From Victivallales bacterium (lineage in GTDB: Bacteria > Verrucomicrobiota > Lentisphaeria > Victivallales > Victivallaceae): a stretch of 64,000 bases of DNA. The stretch lies in contig CAXXKX010000005.1 of the NCBI GenBank assembly GCA_963676655.2, forward strand, positions 171,955 to 235,954. Direction: 5' to 3'. The translations under genes and the position numbers were made by a program. Below, piece by piece: positions 10,380 to 20,232 of this stretch. Below the pieces are notes generated by a model. It saw nothing but the letters and a program-made list of their open reading frames with translations. It was not told the DNA's origin and searched no databases. Positions within the stretch are counted from its first letter, which is position 1. The number at the start of each line of letters is the position of its first letter.

Positions 10380-11741
10380 TTATTGCAATTCGCGAAACTT
10401 GCGTGCCTTATATTTGTCGGGAAACAAGTCAGGCATAATATCGGTAAAAGCAGTCAAACGGGCTGGATCAAAGTTTCCTTTTAAAGGAACAAAAAAGCTG
10501 TCAAGTTTTATTCCCGATTCATTTAAAAAACGAATCATCTCATAAGCCTGATCATTCGGCATTGAATAATTTGAAATAAATGACATGGTTTGCCCCTTGT
10601 ATTTTTTTAACAGAGCAACTTTTAATGCCTTTTTGTGACGATAAACCCTGTTCCCGACGATATATGATTGTTCCTTTGGCAGGTAGGTATAATAAATATC
10701 CTCGGTCCCATCATTATTTTTTTGTCTGATTTTCGTTTTATCACCAATATTTGCTCCTGTGGCCTGAAAATTGTCTTTAACAAAAGCTTCATACTTTTTT
10801 CCATTCCGCAAGCGCGGAAGCATATCCCATTTGCCGACAATCAGAGAACTTGATGGAATTTCAAATTTATCCAACACAACGCCCTGCTTTTCAATAATCC
10901 GCAAATAATCCAAAGCAGCCCCCCATAACTTGTAATGTGAAATAAAAGAAACAGTTCTCCCTCTGTATTTTCTACCTAAATATTCCGTCATGGATTCGAT
11001 ATCATTGAACACATAATCATCAACAAAGAACGAGCCATGACGCGGCCTGCCCCCATAGATAATAACAACCGGTTCCTTTTTTCGGTATTTTTCTTTTATT
11101 TTCTCGATATTTGACGTTTGCAGCTTAATGAATTCAGGTTTATTCACGATAAATAAATTAATCCCCTTGATAATATCATCGATATTCCGTTTGATCCTGT
11201 TTTCCTCAAATAGCACTCCTCCCAGTTGATTATATTTGGAAAACTCTACTTTTATAATAAATAGCCTTTTAAGATCAAAATACATTACTCCAGGCGGATT
11301 AATTGAACGTAATGTATATATTCCATTTTGTTGATTTGGAATATAATTAGAAGTTACAGGTTCTCCTACCAGATTTTTTTCATACAATTGATATGATAAC
11401 TCATCACATTCCTGATTGCAGGATTCAGGAATCTCCACTCTGACTTTGAATCTGTTTAATTGTGCATTGCAAAGTTCAAATGAGACATGCGTCGAAACTC
11501 CTGTTACTTCAGTAATCCTGGCAAGATTGGCAAACCCATTGAAATCATAAAAACTTTTCAGGTCAATTCTCTTAATTTTATAACCGGGACCTTTCCCATA
11601 TGGCAATTTCAGAAATTTGTTAATTTCTTTCTGAGTCAATCTTTTGGAAGGTTTGTTGTTCAAAGAATTACAGTGAGAATACATAAACGCGGACAAAGAA
11701 AGTAGTATAACCGCCATTAATTTCATTTCATTACAACTCAT
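10380..11741 (-). CDS. Secreted hypothetical protein with an internal duplicated module
   Basis: ORF open to 11819. The likelier start is MSCNEMKLMAVILLSLSAFMYSHC (signal-like). Two related modules: ..YRGRTVSFISHYKLWGAALDYLRIIEKQGVVLDKFEIP and ..YKGQTMSFISNYSMPNDQAYEMIRFLNESGIKLDSFFVP. Confidence 0.5.
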   Translation of the reverse strand: MSCNEMKLMAVILLSLSAFMYSHCNSLNNKPSKRLTQKEINKFLKLPYGKGPGYKIKRIDLKSFYDFNGFANLARITEVTGVSTHVSFELCNAQLNRFKVRVEIPESCNQECDELSYQLYEKNLVGEPVTSNYIPNQQNGIYTLRSINPPGVMYFDLKRLFIIKVEFSKYNQLGGVLFEENRIKRNIDDIIKGINLFIVNKPEFIKLQTSNIEKIKEKYRKKEPVVIIYGGRPRHGSFFVDDYVFNDIESMTEYLGRKYRGRTVSFISHYKLWGAALDYLRIIEKQGVVLDKFEIPSSSLIVGKWDMLPRLRNGKKYEAFVKDNFQATGANIGDKTKIRQKNNDGTEDIYYTYLPKEQSYIVGNRVYRHKKALKVALLKKYKGQTMSFISNYSMPNDQAYEMIRFLNESGIKLDSFFVPLKGNFDPARLTAFTDIMPDLFPDKYKARKFRELQ

Positions 11742-12042
11742 GTATCCCTCCGATTTATTTTTATCAGAGTTTAATATTACCCCCAACTGTATAACAGTCA
11801 AATCAAATATTTCTTTCATTCGTCATAACTGCCTCAAAATACACACCATGAAAAATGATTTTTTTCTTTTTCGGGATTGCATTAGCCGCTATGGGATTAT
11901 AGATTATTGTTTATTAATTCGTTGATCATAATTATCTATAACAAGATAACCACAGTATTTGAACATAAATCGAAGTCTGTGAGGTTATAGACAAATAAGC
12001 TTAACCGCTTATTCCAGTTAACATCGCGGGAAATCCATTATA

Positions 12043-13077
12043 ATGATTAAATTGTCCTTTGAAAACATTGTAAAATCCTATAGTCCCGGAAAAACAATTT
12101 TGAATAGCATCAGCCTGGATATAGAACCGGGTGAATTGTTTTTCCTGCTCGGTCCCAGCGGCTGCGGCAAGTCTACACTGCTGCGTCTGGCGGCGGGGTT
12201 TATTCAGCCGGATTCCGGCAAAATCCTCTTTGGCGGAAAAGACGTCACCTCGCAGCCGCCGGAAAAACGAAACTGTGCCATGGTCTTCCAGAACTACGCT
12301 TTGTGGCCGCATATGACCGTCTTCGATAACGTGGCGTTCGGACTGCAATGCAGTAAAACGCCCAGAACGGAAATCGTCAAGGCCGTGACTGAAGCGCTTG
12401 AACTGGTCGGGTTGCAGGATTTTGCCGACCGCAAACCACCGTCCTTGTCAGGCGGTCAACAGCAACGGGTGGCATTAGCCCGGGCAATCGTGGTAAAACC
12501 GGGCCTGCTGTTGCTGGATGAACCGTTGTCGAACCTCGACGCGGCCCTGCGTTCCGCCATGCGGGTCGAAATCAGGCGTATCTGCAAACAGGCCGAACTG
12601 ACCGCGCTCTATGTAACCCATGACCGCAAAGAGGCCCTCAGTATGGGGGATCGGCTGGCCCTGCTCGATCGCGGGGTAATAAGTCAGGCCGGAGCTCCGC
12701 GTGACGTCTACCGCGCACCGCAGAATCTGTTCGCGGCGGAATTTATCGGCGAATCGAACCGGGTTCCCGGAGAACTCAATTCCGATAACACCGTGACAAC
12801 CCCGCTGGGTCGCTTCTCCGGCCGGCTTGAGGGCGGCGTCAAACCGGGAAAAGTTGCCGTTATCATTCGGCCGGAATATATCAAGTTCGACGATTCCGGC
12901 GATAACCGTTTCGAAGCAAATCTGACCGGCGGCGCGTTTCTCGGCGAATCCGGCGAATGGTTTCTGGAAAAAGACGGCGTCAGCCTGACCGTTTACGAAC
13001 CCGCGCCACAAGACCGGCCCAAAGGCCCGGTAAAATGTTCCATAAAACGCGATGATATAATAATATTGCCAGAGTGA
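12043..13077 (+). CDS. ABC transporter ATP-binding protein (PotA/FbpC-type importer ATPase)
   Basis: 344 aa. Walker A GPSGCGKST, signature LSGGQQQRVALARA, Walker B LLLLDEP. Confidence 0.85.
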   Translation: MIKLSFENIVKSYSPGKTILNSISLDIEPGELFFLLGPSGCGKSTLLRLAAGFIQPDSGKILFGGKDVTSQPPEKRNCAMVFQNYALWPHMTVFDNVAFGLQCSKTPRTEIVKAVTEALELVGLQDFADRKPPSLSGGQQQRVALARAIVVKPGLLLLDEPLSNLDAALRSAMRVEIRRICKQAELTALYVTHDRKEALSMGDRLALLDRGVISQAGAPRDVYRAPQNLFAAEFIGESNRVPGELNSDNTVTTPLGRFSGRLEGGVKPGKVAVIIRPEYIKFDDSGDNRFEANLTGGAFLGESGEWFLEKDGVSLTVYEPAPQDRPKGPVKCSIKRDDIIILPE

Positions 13078-13115
13078 AACAGGATAATAGTCAACAATAC
13101 AGTTTTTTTTGATAA

Positions 13116-13264
13116 CCAGAAGGGGCGGAATATATCACAAGCGAAGCGATTGCCCCCCGGGAATAATTAAATAATAATGGAATAAATTTTTTAACAGCCC
13201 CAAAGGGGCGGAATATATCATAGCCCGGGGTGATTGAGCGAAGCGATTGAACCCCGGGAATAAA
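13116..13264. repeat. REP-like hairpin units upstream of the RAYT gene (two copies)
   Basis: 13116-13166 and 13196-13264 share GGGGCGGAATATATCA...GCGAAGCGATTG..CCCCGGGAATAA. The second copy is the reverse complement of 13803-13840. Confidence 0.75.
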
Positions 13265-13306
13265 CGTAAAAAAATACAAGCACTGTAAGTGCGGCATATA
13301 AAAAAC

Positions 13307-13756
13307 ATGGCTCAATCATTGTCAAAAATATATTTACACATCATTTTCAGCACAAAAAATCGCGAAAATACGATTTCGGCTGAAGTAATGCCTGATCTTT
13401 ACGCCTATATTGCGGAAATTTGCCGTAGACATAACTCTGAGGCATTTAGAGTTGGCGGCACCTCCAACCACGTTCACATTGCCTGTACATTACCGAGAAC
13501 ATCAAACATCAGCGATTTGGTTCGTGTTATAAAAAGTTCATCGTCATCATGGATGAAAGAGGCTGCTGATATGCACCTTTTTGCATGGCAAACCGGTTAC
13601 GGGGCATTTTCTCTCGGCAGATCACAAGTTTCAACCCTCGTCAAATATATTGAAAACCAACCGGAACATCATCATGTAAAATCCTTTAAAGAGGAATTTA
13701 TTGAGTTTCTGAATAAATACGATATAGAGTACAATGAAAAATATTTGTGGGATTAA
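13307..13756 (+). CDS. IS200-like Y1 transposase / REP-associated tyrosine transposase (RAYT)
   Basis: Starts MAQSLSKIYLHIIFSTKNR. HUH motif in SNHVHIACTL and Tyr region in WQTGYGAFS. The gene is bracketed by inverted GCGGCATAT (13291-13299) and ATATGCCGC (13763-13771). Confidence 0.8.
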   Translation: MAQSLSKIYLHIIFSTKNRENTISAEVMPDLYAYIAEICRRHNSEAFRVGGTSNHVHIACTLPRTSNISDLVRVIKSSSSSWMKEAADMHLFAWQTGYGAFSLGRSQVSTLVKYIENQPEHHHVKSFKEEFIEFLNKYDIEYNEKYLWD

Positions 13757-13966
13757 TTTTTTATATGCCGCTCTTTCAGAGCTATTTGGGGTGTGGGATT
13801 TTTTCCCGGGGTTCAATCGCTTCGCTCAATCACCCCGGGCTGGATATATATGCCGCGCTTTCAGCGCTGATAACAAATTGCGCTGGAGACCGGCGCTCCC
13901 GGAAAAGACCCTGGATTATTTATTCCGGGCTGGATATATATGCCGCGCTTTCAGCGCTGAAAATAA
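13757..13966. repeat. REP-like hairpin units downstream of the RAYT gene
   Basis: Three copies of ATAT(AT)GCCGC-N-CTTTCAG-N-GC (13763-13782, 13845-13868, 13934-13957). Also CCCGGGGTTCAATCGCTTCGCTCAATCACCCCGGG, inverted relative to the upstream unit. Confidence 0.75.
13880..13902 (+). repeat. GC-rich hairpin + GCTCCC tail element (only host-side copy seen)
   Basis: GCGCTGGAGACCGGCGCTCCCGG. Near-identical architecture to the prophage copy at 50779-50805 (reverse complement GCGGCGCTGGAGCGTCGCGCTCCCAGG). Confidence 0.6.
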
Positions 13967-14040
13967 AAAAATATGCCGGATTATTTTGAACTGTAATCCA
14001 GAGAAAGATATTAAGAACTAATGAATCGAAGAATTATAAA

Positions 14041-15651
14041 ATGCTGAAACAAATACTTAAAGCCTTTTTACCGCTGGTGGTCCTGATTGCGCTGCCGTTG
14101 TTGCTGCGCCGCGATACGGCGGAAATACTGCCGGCGACGGACAATGCGGATAAACTGATTATCGTTACCCCGCATACCCAGACAATCCGGGCGGAATTCG
14201 AAAAGAAATTCAAACGTCTTTACAAAAAACAAACCGGACGCGAGGTTATTTTCGACTGGCGCAATCCCGGCGGCACCTCGGATATCATCCGTTTGATCAA
14301 TGACCGGTTCCAGACTGAATTCAGACGTTACTGGCTCAGTAATCCAGAAAACGGCCAGTGGACCGATGAAGTCATGCGGAGTTTTGACAATCGATACAAA
14401 GATCCGGCTACCTGTCGACCGCGACAAGTCTTTTTGAAATCTGATGTTGGTATCGGTATCGACATTCTTTTCGGGGGTGGCTTGTACGACCTGACGAAGC
14501 AAGCTCAAATGGGGCACGGGGTTGACGCCGGAATTCAAAAACTGCATCCGAAATGGTTTACTGAAAAAGTCATACCGCAAAGCTGGAACGGCGAAATTTT
14601 TTACGATAAGTTGGGCCGTTTTTATGGAGCCTGCCTGACTGAATTCGGACTTTGCTATAACCTTGACCGGCTTCAACTGTTAAAGAACCAGACGCCGCCG
14701 TCTCGCTGGAGCGATTTAGGTAATGAACGTTTTTACAACCTGATAGCAGTAGCCGACCCGACAAAATCCGGCTCGATTAACAAGTGTTTTGAAATGCTCA
14801 TCCAGCAGCAAATGGGCGACGCGGTAAAAAAACACGGCGAAAAAAACGGCAAGATAAAGGGTTGGAACAATGCTGTCAACCTGATCAAACGCATTGGCGC
14901 CAATACAAGGTACCTGACCGATTCCGCCAGTAAAGTACCGCACGATGTGGCCAGGGGCGACGCCGTTGCCGGAATGAGCATTGACTTCTACAGTCGCAGC
15001 GAGGCGGGATATACCGCTTACGAATCGAATGGTAAAGAACGGATGAAATTTGTTTCTCCCCAAGGCGGCACGTCGTTATCGGCTGACCCGATTCAATTAC
15101 TGCGCGGCGCGCCAAACCGGAAAATCGCTATCGCATTTATTGAATTCGTCCTGTCGAAAGAGGGGCAAAAAATTTGGAACTACCGTGTCGGCACTCCCGG
15201 CGGGCCAACCGAATACGCTCTGCGCCGTCTGCCAATCAGGCGCGACATGTACAGCAAAGCCGACCGGGAACACATGTCCGACCCGGAGATAGATCCATTT
15301 GCCGGGGATGAACAGTTAGTCTATCACGGCAGATGGACCGGGCCATATTTCGGCCTTATCCGGGTTCTGATAAAATGTGCAATCATTAATCCGCGCGATG
15401 AATTGCGGCGCGCCTGGAAAGCGATAATCGATGCCGGCGGCCCCGATGCCGTACCGGAAGCCATGCAGGCTTTTAACGCCATGCCCTTCACCTATGAGAA
15501 TATCAAGGCGGCAAATGACCGGCTCAATCCGGCCAAACAAGGCAACTCGGTATTGACAACGCTTGAAACCAGACGCGAATGGAGCGAATTCTTCCGACAC
15601 AATTACCTGAAAGCCGAAAAACTGGCGGGAGAACGGAGGAACGTAAAATGA
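14041..15651 (+). CDS. ABC transporter periplasmic substrate-binding protein (Fe3+/polyamine-type family)
   Basis: 536 aa with N-terminal signal/anchor MLKQILKAFLPLVVLIALPLLL. Genomic context with the ATPase and a fused two-domain permease. Confidence 0.65.
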   Translation: MLKQILKAFLPLVVLIALPLLLRRDTAEILPATDNADKLIIVTPHTQTIRAEFEKKFKRLYKKQTGREVIFDWRNPGGTSDIIRLINDRFQTEFRRYWLSNPENGQWTDEVMRSFDNRYKDPATCRPRQVFLKSDVGIGIDILFGGGLYDLTKQAQMGHGVDAGIQKLHPKWFTEKVIPQSWNGEIFYDKLGRFYGACLTEFGLCYNLDRLQLLKNQTPPSRWSDLGNERFYNLIAVADPTKSGSINKCFEMLIQQQMGDAVKKHGEKNGKIKGWNNAVNLIKRIGANTRYLTDSASKVPHDVARGDAVAGMSIDFYSRSEAGYTAYESNGKERMKFVSPQGGTSLSADPIQLLRGAPNRKIAIAFIEFVLSKEGQKIWNYRVGTPGGPTEYALRRLPIRRDMYSKADREHMSDPEIDPFAGDEQLVYHGRWTGPYFGLIRVLIKCAIINPRDELRRAWKAIIDAGGPDAVPEAMQAFNAMPFTYENIKAANDRLNPAKQGNSVLTTLETRREWSEFFRHNYLKAEKLAGERRNVK

Positions 15652-17327
15652 TCAATCTTCCGCGTAAAATCACTATTGGACTCGGCATTCTGGCGGCTGC
15701 CGCCTTTTTCCTGATCTTCCTTATTCTGCCAATCGTCACCGTCGCAGGCAGAGGCTTCGACCCGACTATTATGCTGGAAACATTCCGCAACCCGATCTAT
15801 CGGGAAGGCTTGCTCAACGCTCTCAAGATTTCACTAGTTACCACCTCCATGGTGTTCTTGTTCACCATCCCTGCGGCGCTGATCTACGACCGCTACGAGT
15901 TCAGTGGTAAGAACCGGGTCAATTTGATGGTTATGCTGCCGATGATTCTGCCGCCGTTCGTCGGCGCACTCGGATTCCAGCAATTGCTGGGACATTACGG
16001 TGTATTCAATACAATCCTCGAGTATATTGGCCTGCCGACGGTCGACTGGCTCGGCGGCAAGGGCCGCTTCTGGACCGTCTGTGTGGTCGAAGCGCTCCAC
16101 TTATATCCGATTTTGTTCCTCAACCTGGTTACCTCGCTCGGGAATATCGACCCGGCAATGGATGAAGCCGCCAGAGGACTTGGCGCATCGCCGTGGAGAC
16201 GTTTTTACAAAGTCACCCTGCCCCTGATGAAGCCGGGCTTGTTCGCCGGCGGCAGCATTATCCTGATCTGGAGCTTTACCGAACTTGGTACCCCGTTAAT
16301 GCTTGGCTACGACCGGGTCGTCACCGTACAGATTTTCAACGGCATCACCGAACTTGAAAGCAATCCGCAGCCATTCGCCCTGGTGGTAATCCTGCTGCTG
16401 GTTTCGGCCGGACTCTACGCCTCAAGCCGGTTATTTCTGGGACGTGACACCACCGCCGCCACTGGCAAAGGTATAACTTCCAACAAAGCGTCGGTTCTCT
16501 CCGGCTGGAAAAAACCACTGCCTACTTTATTTTTCATCACCCTGATGATCGTTTCTATTCTGCCGCACCTGTCTTTACTAATGATGTCTTTCGCTCGTAA
16601 GTGGTACGGCACCCTGATCCCGAGTTCCTGGACCCTACTGCATTACGATACCGCCTTATCGAGTAAACTGGTGGTTCCCGGCATTATCAACAGCTTGCGT
16701 TACTCAAGCATTGCTATGGTTATAAGTGTTCTGCTTGGCGTGTTAATCGCCCTGTTGACGGTCAGAGCCAAAATAAAGGGAGGTAAAATCCTGGACACCA
16801 TGGCCATGCTGCCGCTGGCGGTACCCGGAATAGTGCTGGCGTTCGGCTATCTCAGTATGACCGCACGCTGGGATATCCTGCGCGTGTTCCTCGATCCGAT
16901 CCGCAATCCCACAATCCTGCTGGCCGCAGCTTACGCGATACGACGTTTGCCCTATACAGTTCGGGCAGTAACCGCCGGACTGGAACAAACCCCGGAAGAC
17001 CTGGAAGAAGCCGCAGCCGGGTTCGGTGCCGGTCCACTGCGCCGCTTGACGAAGATAACCATCCCCTTGATCAGCGCCAATCTGGTGGTAGGAGCCCTGT
17101 TCGCGTTCAGCTTCTCGATGCTGGAAGTCTCAGACTCGCTGCTGCTGGCCCAGAAACCACAATATTATCCGGTCACCAAGGCTATTTTTGAATTATCGCA
17201 AATGCTCGGTCAAGGCAGTTATGTCGCCTGCGCGTTCGGGGTCTGGACCATGTTGTTCCTGGCCTTTACCCTGGCAGCAGCAGCCACCTTGCTCGGACGC
17301 AAAATCGGCTCGTTGTTCCGGTTCTGA
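15648..17327 (+). CDS. ABC transporter permease, fused double-domain (FbpB-like)
   Basis: ATG 15648 overlaps the SBP stop (ATGA). About 12 TM segments and two EAA-like loops (DEAARGLGASPWRRF and LEEAAAGFGAGPLRRL). Confidence 0.8.
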   Translation: MINLPRKITIGLGILAAAAFFLIFLILPIVTVAGRGFDPTIMLETFRNPIYREGLLNALKISLVTTSMVFLFTIPAALIYDRYEFSGKNRVNLMVMLPMILPPFVGALGFQQLLGHYGVFNTILEYIGLPTVDWLGGKGRFWTVCVVEALHLYPILFLNLVTSLGNIDPAMDEAARGLGASPWRRFYKVTLPLMKPGLFAGGSIILIWSFTELGTPLMLGYDRVVTVQIFNGITELESNPQPFALVVILLLVSAGLYASSRLFLGRDTTAATGKGITSNKASVLSGWKKPLPTLFFITLMIVSILPHLSLLMMSFARKWYGTLIPSSWTLLHYDTALSSKLVVPGIINSLRYSSIAMVISVLLGVLIALLTVRAKIKGGKILDTMAMLPLAVPGIVLAFGYLSMTARWDILRVFLDPIRNPTILLAAAYAIRRLPYTVRAVTAGLEQTPEDLEEAAAGFGAGPLRRLTKITIPLISANLVVGALFAFSFSMLEVSDSLLLAQKPQYYPVTKAIFELSQMLGQGSYVACAFGVWTMLFLAFTLAAAATLLGRKIGSLFRF

Positions 17328-17391
17328 AAATATATCCAGAGATTATTTGTATTCATTAAAGACCATGATATAATAGTTGCAGGAGGATATC

Positions 17392-17763
17392 ATGGATATT
17401 ATGAAAATCTTATTGCCGGGCGTTCTGTATATCGTATTAATTTATGGTATGTATATATGCTGGAAAGCATATAGAGTAAATAGAAAATTTGCGTGGAGAA
17501 TATTAGTCTTTTACTACTTCTATACATTTATTTCCTTGTGCTTTATAGACTTTATGGTAATTCTACCAGAAAATCTGAGACAAAAACACATCAGAAATAA
17601 TAAATCGGCTGTTAATAATACTAACAACAAAACCCCATATAAACGCAAAGCAAACTCTTTTCCGTTTATGCAGATTCTACTTGTTGGTGCCCTTTCATTA
17701 TTAGCTAAGGAAGAAGCTAAAACAAAAGAAAAAGACTCTGACAGGCAACCGGAAATGAGCTAA
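17392..17763 (+). CDS. Small membrane protein, hypothetical
   Basis: ATG 17392 lies 5 nt after AGGAGG. The track start 17377 is a TTG. Two or three hydrophobic helices. Confidence 0.5.
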   Translation: MDIMKILLPGVLYIVLIYGMYICWKAYRVNRKFAWRILVFYYFYTFISLCFIDFMVILPENLRQKHIRNNKSAVNNTNNKTPYKRKANSFPFMQILLVGALSLLAKEEAKTKEKDSDRQPEMS

Positions 17764-17769
17764 AAACAA

Positions 17770-19194
17770 TTACCTTGCAGTCTTCCAGAAACTATGGCCG
17801 AAATCCCCGGTATCATTCATTTCGGTGCGCCAGCGTTCGAGTTCTTTCTGCATGTTGCTCAAGGTATCATGATATGCGTTGTCATCAGCCAGATTATTGA
17901 GTTCGCATGGGTCATTCTCCAGATCAAAAAGCTGGACGGTATGGCAGCCGTTAACCGCGTACTCAATCAACTTCAGGTTACCCTTGCGATATCCACGCTG
18001 AAATCCTTTGTAACCATAAAACAATTCATTCCTGACTTCTGATTGAGGATTATCAATCACCGGAGTCAAGCTCAGACCTTCAACCGTCTCAGGTATATTC
18101 AATCCGGACAAATCACACAACGTCGGAAATATATCGATCAGGTAGCAGAAAGCGTCGGAACGCCGGTCTGCCGGAATCCCCGGCCCAGCCATGATCAACG
18201 GCACCCGGACACTGTGCTCATAAAGATTCTGTTTACCCATCAGGCCGTGCTGCCCGACCGCCAAACCATTGTCTCCGGCAAAAACAATTATCGTATTATC
18301 CGCCTGCCCGATTTCTTCCAGCACATCCAGTACCCGACCGACCTGTTCATCGACATGAGCGATAATCGCATAATAATCGGCGATATGCTGCCGGATGTCT
18401 TCCGGCATACGGGGATGGGATGCCAGAAGTTCATCACGTATATAAAGGTCACCATTATCGAACGGATGCTGCATCATCAGGTTTTCCGGGAGAGATACCC
18501 TGCTGGCCGGATACTGTTCCAGAAACCGTTTGGGATACTGCCTCGGGTCATGTGGCGCGATATGGGCCAGATAGGCAAAAAAAGGCTTACCGTCTTTAGC
18601 CGCTTCGGAATCAGGGTAATCCCGTAAAAACTCGATCATTGAATCGGAAAAAACCTCCGCAGAATGTTTTCCATTCTCCTTGACCTTTTCAAAAGGCTGG
18701 ACATACTGCTCGATCTCTGGAGCATTATAGCCGCCGTCCGGATCATATTTACCGTCCGGATCAAAATCATGAACCGGAGAATGCCAGTGACCATTGCAGG
18801 CTTCATACCACCCCTTCTCCTGTTTGAACCCGAAAATCTTGCCGCCGGTTTCAAAACATCGCGCATGGGATTCTTTATCCTGATGCCATTTACCGACATG
18901 ACAGGATACATAATCATTCGTCCTGAAATATTCTGGCATGGCAATATGTTCCAGCGGAATAATTTGACCATGATCATAAATATTAAATAATGAGCGTCCG
19001 GTCAACATCATGGCGCGACTCGGCTGACAAACCGCCCCGGCGGTCCCTCCCATAATGTGGGCGTGAGTAAAAGTAGTTCCCTGTTTCATCAAACGATCCA
19101 GATTAGGTGTATCAATTTCCTTATTTCCCATACCGGAAATAGTATCAAAACGTTGATCATCAGTAAAGATAAACAGAACATTCGGTCTACTCAT
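17770..19194 (-). CDS. Sulfatase (formylglycine-dependent, arylsulfatase family)
   Basis: 474 aa. N-terminus PNVLFIFTDDQRFD, formylglycine motif CQPSRAMMLTGR, and GKWH. No obvious signal peptide. Confidence 0.85.
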   Translation of the reverse strand: MSRPNVLFIFTDDQRFDTISGMGNKEIDTPNLDRLMKQGTTFTHAHIMGGTAGAVCQPSRAMMLTGRSLFNIYDHGQIIPLEHIAMPEYFRTNDYVSCHVGKWHQDKESHARCFETGGKIFGFKQEKGWYEACNGHWHSPVHDFDPDGKYDPDGGYNAPEIEQYVQPFEKVKENGKHSAEVFSDSMIEFLRDYPDSEAAKDGKPFFAYLAHIAPHDPRQYPKRFLEQYPASRVSLPENLMMQHPFDNGDLYIRDELLASHPRMPEDIRQHIADYYAIIAHVDEQVGRVLDVLEEIGQADNTIIVFAGDNGLAVGQHGLMGKQNLYEHSVRVPLIMAGPGIPADRRSDAFCYLIDIFPTLCDLSGLNIPETVEGLSLTPVIDNPQSEVRNELFYGYKGFQRGYRKGNLKLIEYAVNGCHTVQLFDLENDPCELNNLADDNAYHDTLSNMQKELERWRTEMNDTGDFGHSFWKTAR

Positions 19195-19373
19195 AATAAT
19201 TTTCCTTATTTTTTATATTCATAAGATTGTATAATTAAGATACCGGATTAATCCCGAATTTAACATAGCATGAAGCAGAAAACACATGTCATTTTTCATT
19301 AATAAAACAATCAGGAAAAATTTGCAATCAACGGATATCAAGGATAAATTAAAACAAACAAAGGTTAATAAAA

Positions 19374-20222
19374 ATGTCTTTTTACTGTACAGAAAACAAT
19401 CCACTTTTATGTTTAAAAAAAATCTTATCCCCCATGCCGGATAAGATTTATTTACAACCGTCAATTCTGTGGAATATAACAGTTGGCCGGAACTGGGGCG
19501 GCAATATAAGTTCAGACGTAGACGACTATCGTCTTACTTTCGTTCGCGGTGGCCAGGGGCGGTATTGGATCAACGATCATGAAATCTCGCTTGAGCGTGG
19601 ACGTGTTATATTTATTGCCCCGGGAAACCGTTTGAGAATGACCCAAAAACCTGACTCTCCTCCGCATTTGGTGACCGGACCACTCAACTTGTTTCATCGA
19701 AACGGCAATAAAGTACTCGTTCCTCCAGTTAACTCATTCGGCATTGCTTTGCTTTCCAATGACATTTTCAAGATGGAGCAACTCTTCGTCAATCTGGCTG
19801 AAACATATGAAAAAAGAAATGATCCCCTATACAGGAATTGCCTTGAATCATGCATTCATACAATTCTGATGAATATATTCCGCGAAACGGAAATCCACCT
19901 TTCAGGCGGTTGCGATTCTAGAATTGAAAATGCCCGACAATACCTGCGGGACCATCCGCTTGAAGACATCAACTGGACCGAATTAGCTAGAAAAAACTAT
20001 CTGTCCCGGGACTATTTCAGCAAAATGTTTACCCGTGCCACAGGAATGTCGCCCAAATCATATCATTTACAGATTAAAATGGAATATGCCAATTTTCTCC
20101 TCAACAGTTCTGCTTTATCAATTCAGGAGGTTGCTGATTTGCTGGGTTACGCCGATGCATTTATCTTTTCAAGACAATTCAAACGTTCGTTCGGCGTAAG
20201 CCCGTCACAAGTGCGTAAATAA
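19374..20222 (+). CDS. AraC-family transcriptional regulator
   Basis: 282 aa with a C-terminal double HTH (LARKNYLSRDYFSKMFTRATGMSPKSY...IQEVADLLGYADAFIFSRQFKRSFGVSP). Confidence 0.85.
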   Translation: MSFYCTENNPLLCLKKILSPMPDKIYLQPSILWNITVGRNWGGNISSDVDDYRLTFVRGGQGRYWINDHEISLERGRVIFIAPGNRLRMTQKPDSPPHLVTGPLNLFHRNGNKVLVPPVNSFGIALLSNDIFKMEQLFVNLAETYEKRNDPLYRNCLESCIHTILMNIFRETEIHLSGGCDSRIENARQYLRDHPLEDINWTELARKNYLSRDYFSKMFTRATGMSPKSYHLQIKMEYANFLLNSSALSIQEVADLLGYADAFIFSRQFKRSFGVSPSQVRK

Positions 20223-20232
20223 AAGCCTGTTT

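Noticed and set aside
13091-14021. ORFs 13091..13315(-), 13734..14021(+) and 13747..13989(+)
   Set aside because: They are translations of the REP hairpin clusters flanking the RAYT gene. Repeated peptides such as AGYICRAFSA come from repeated DNA units.
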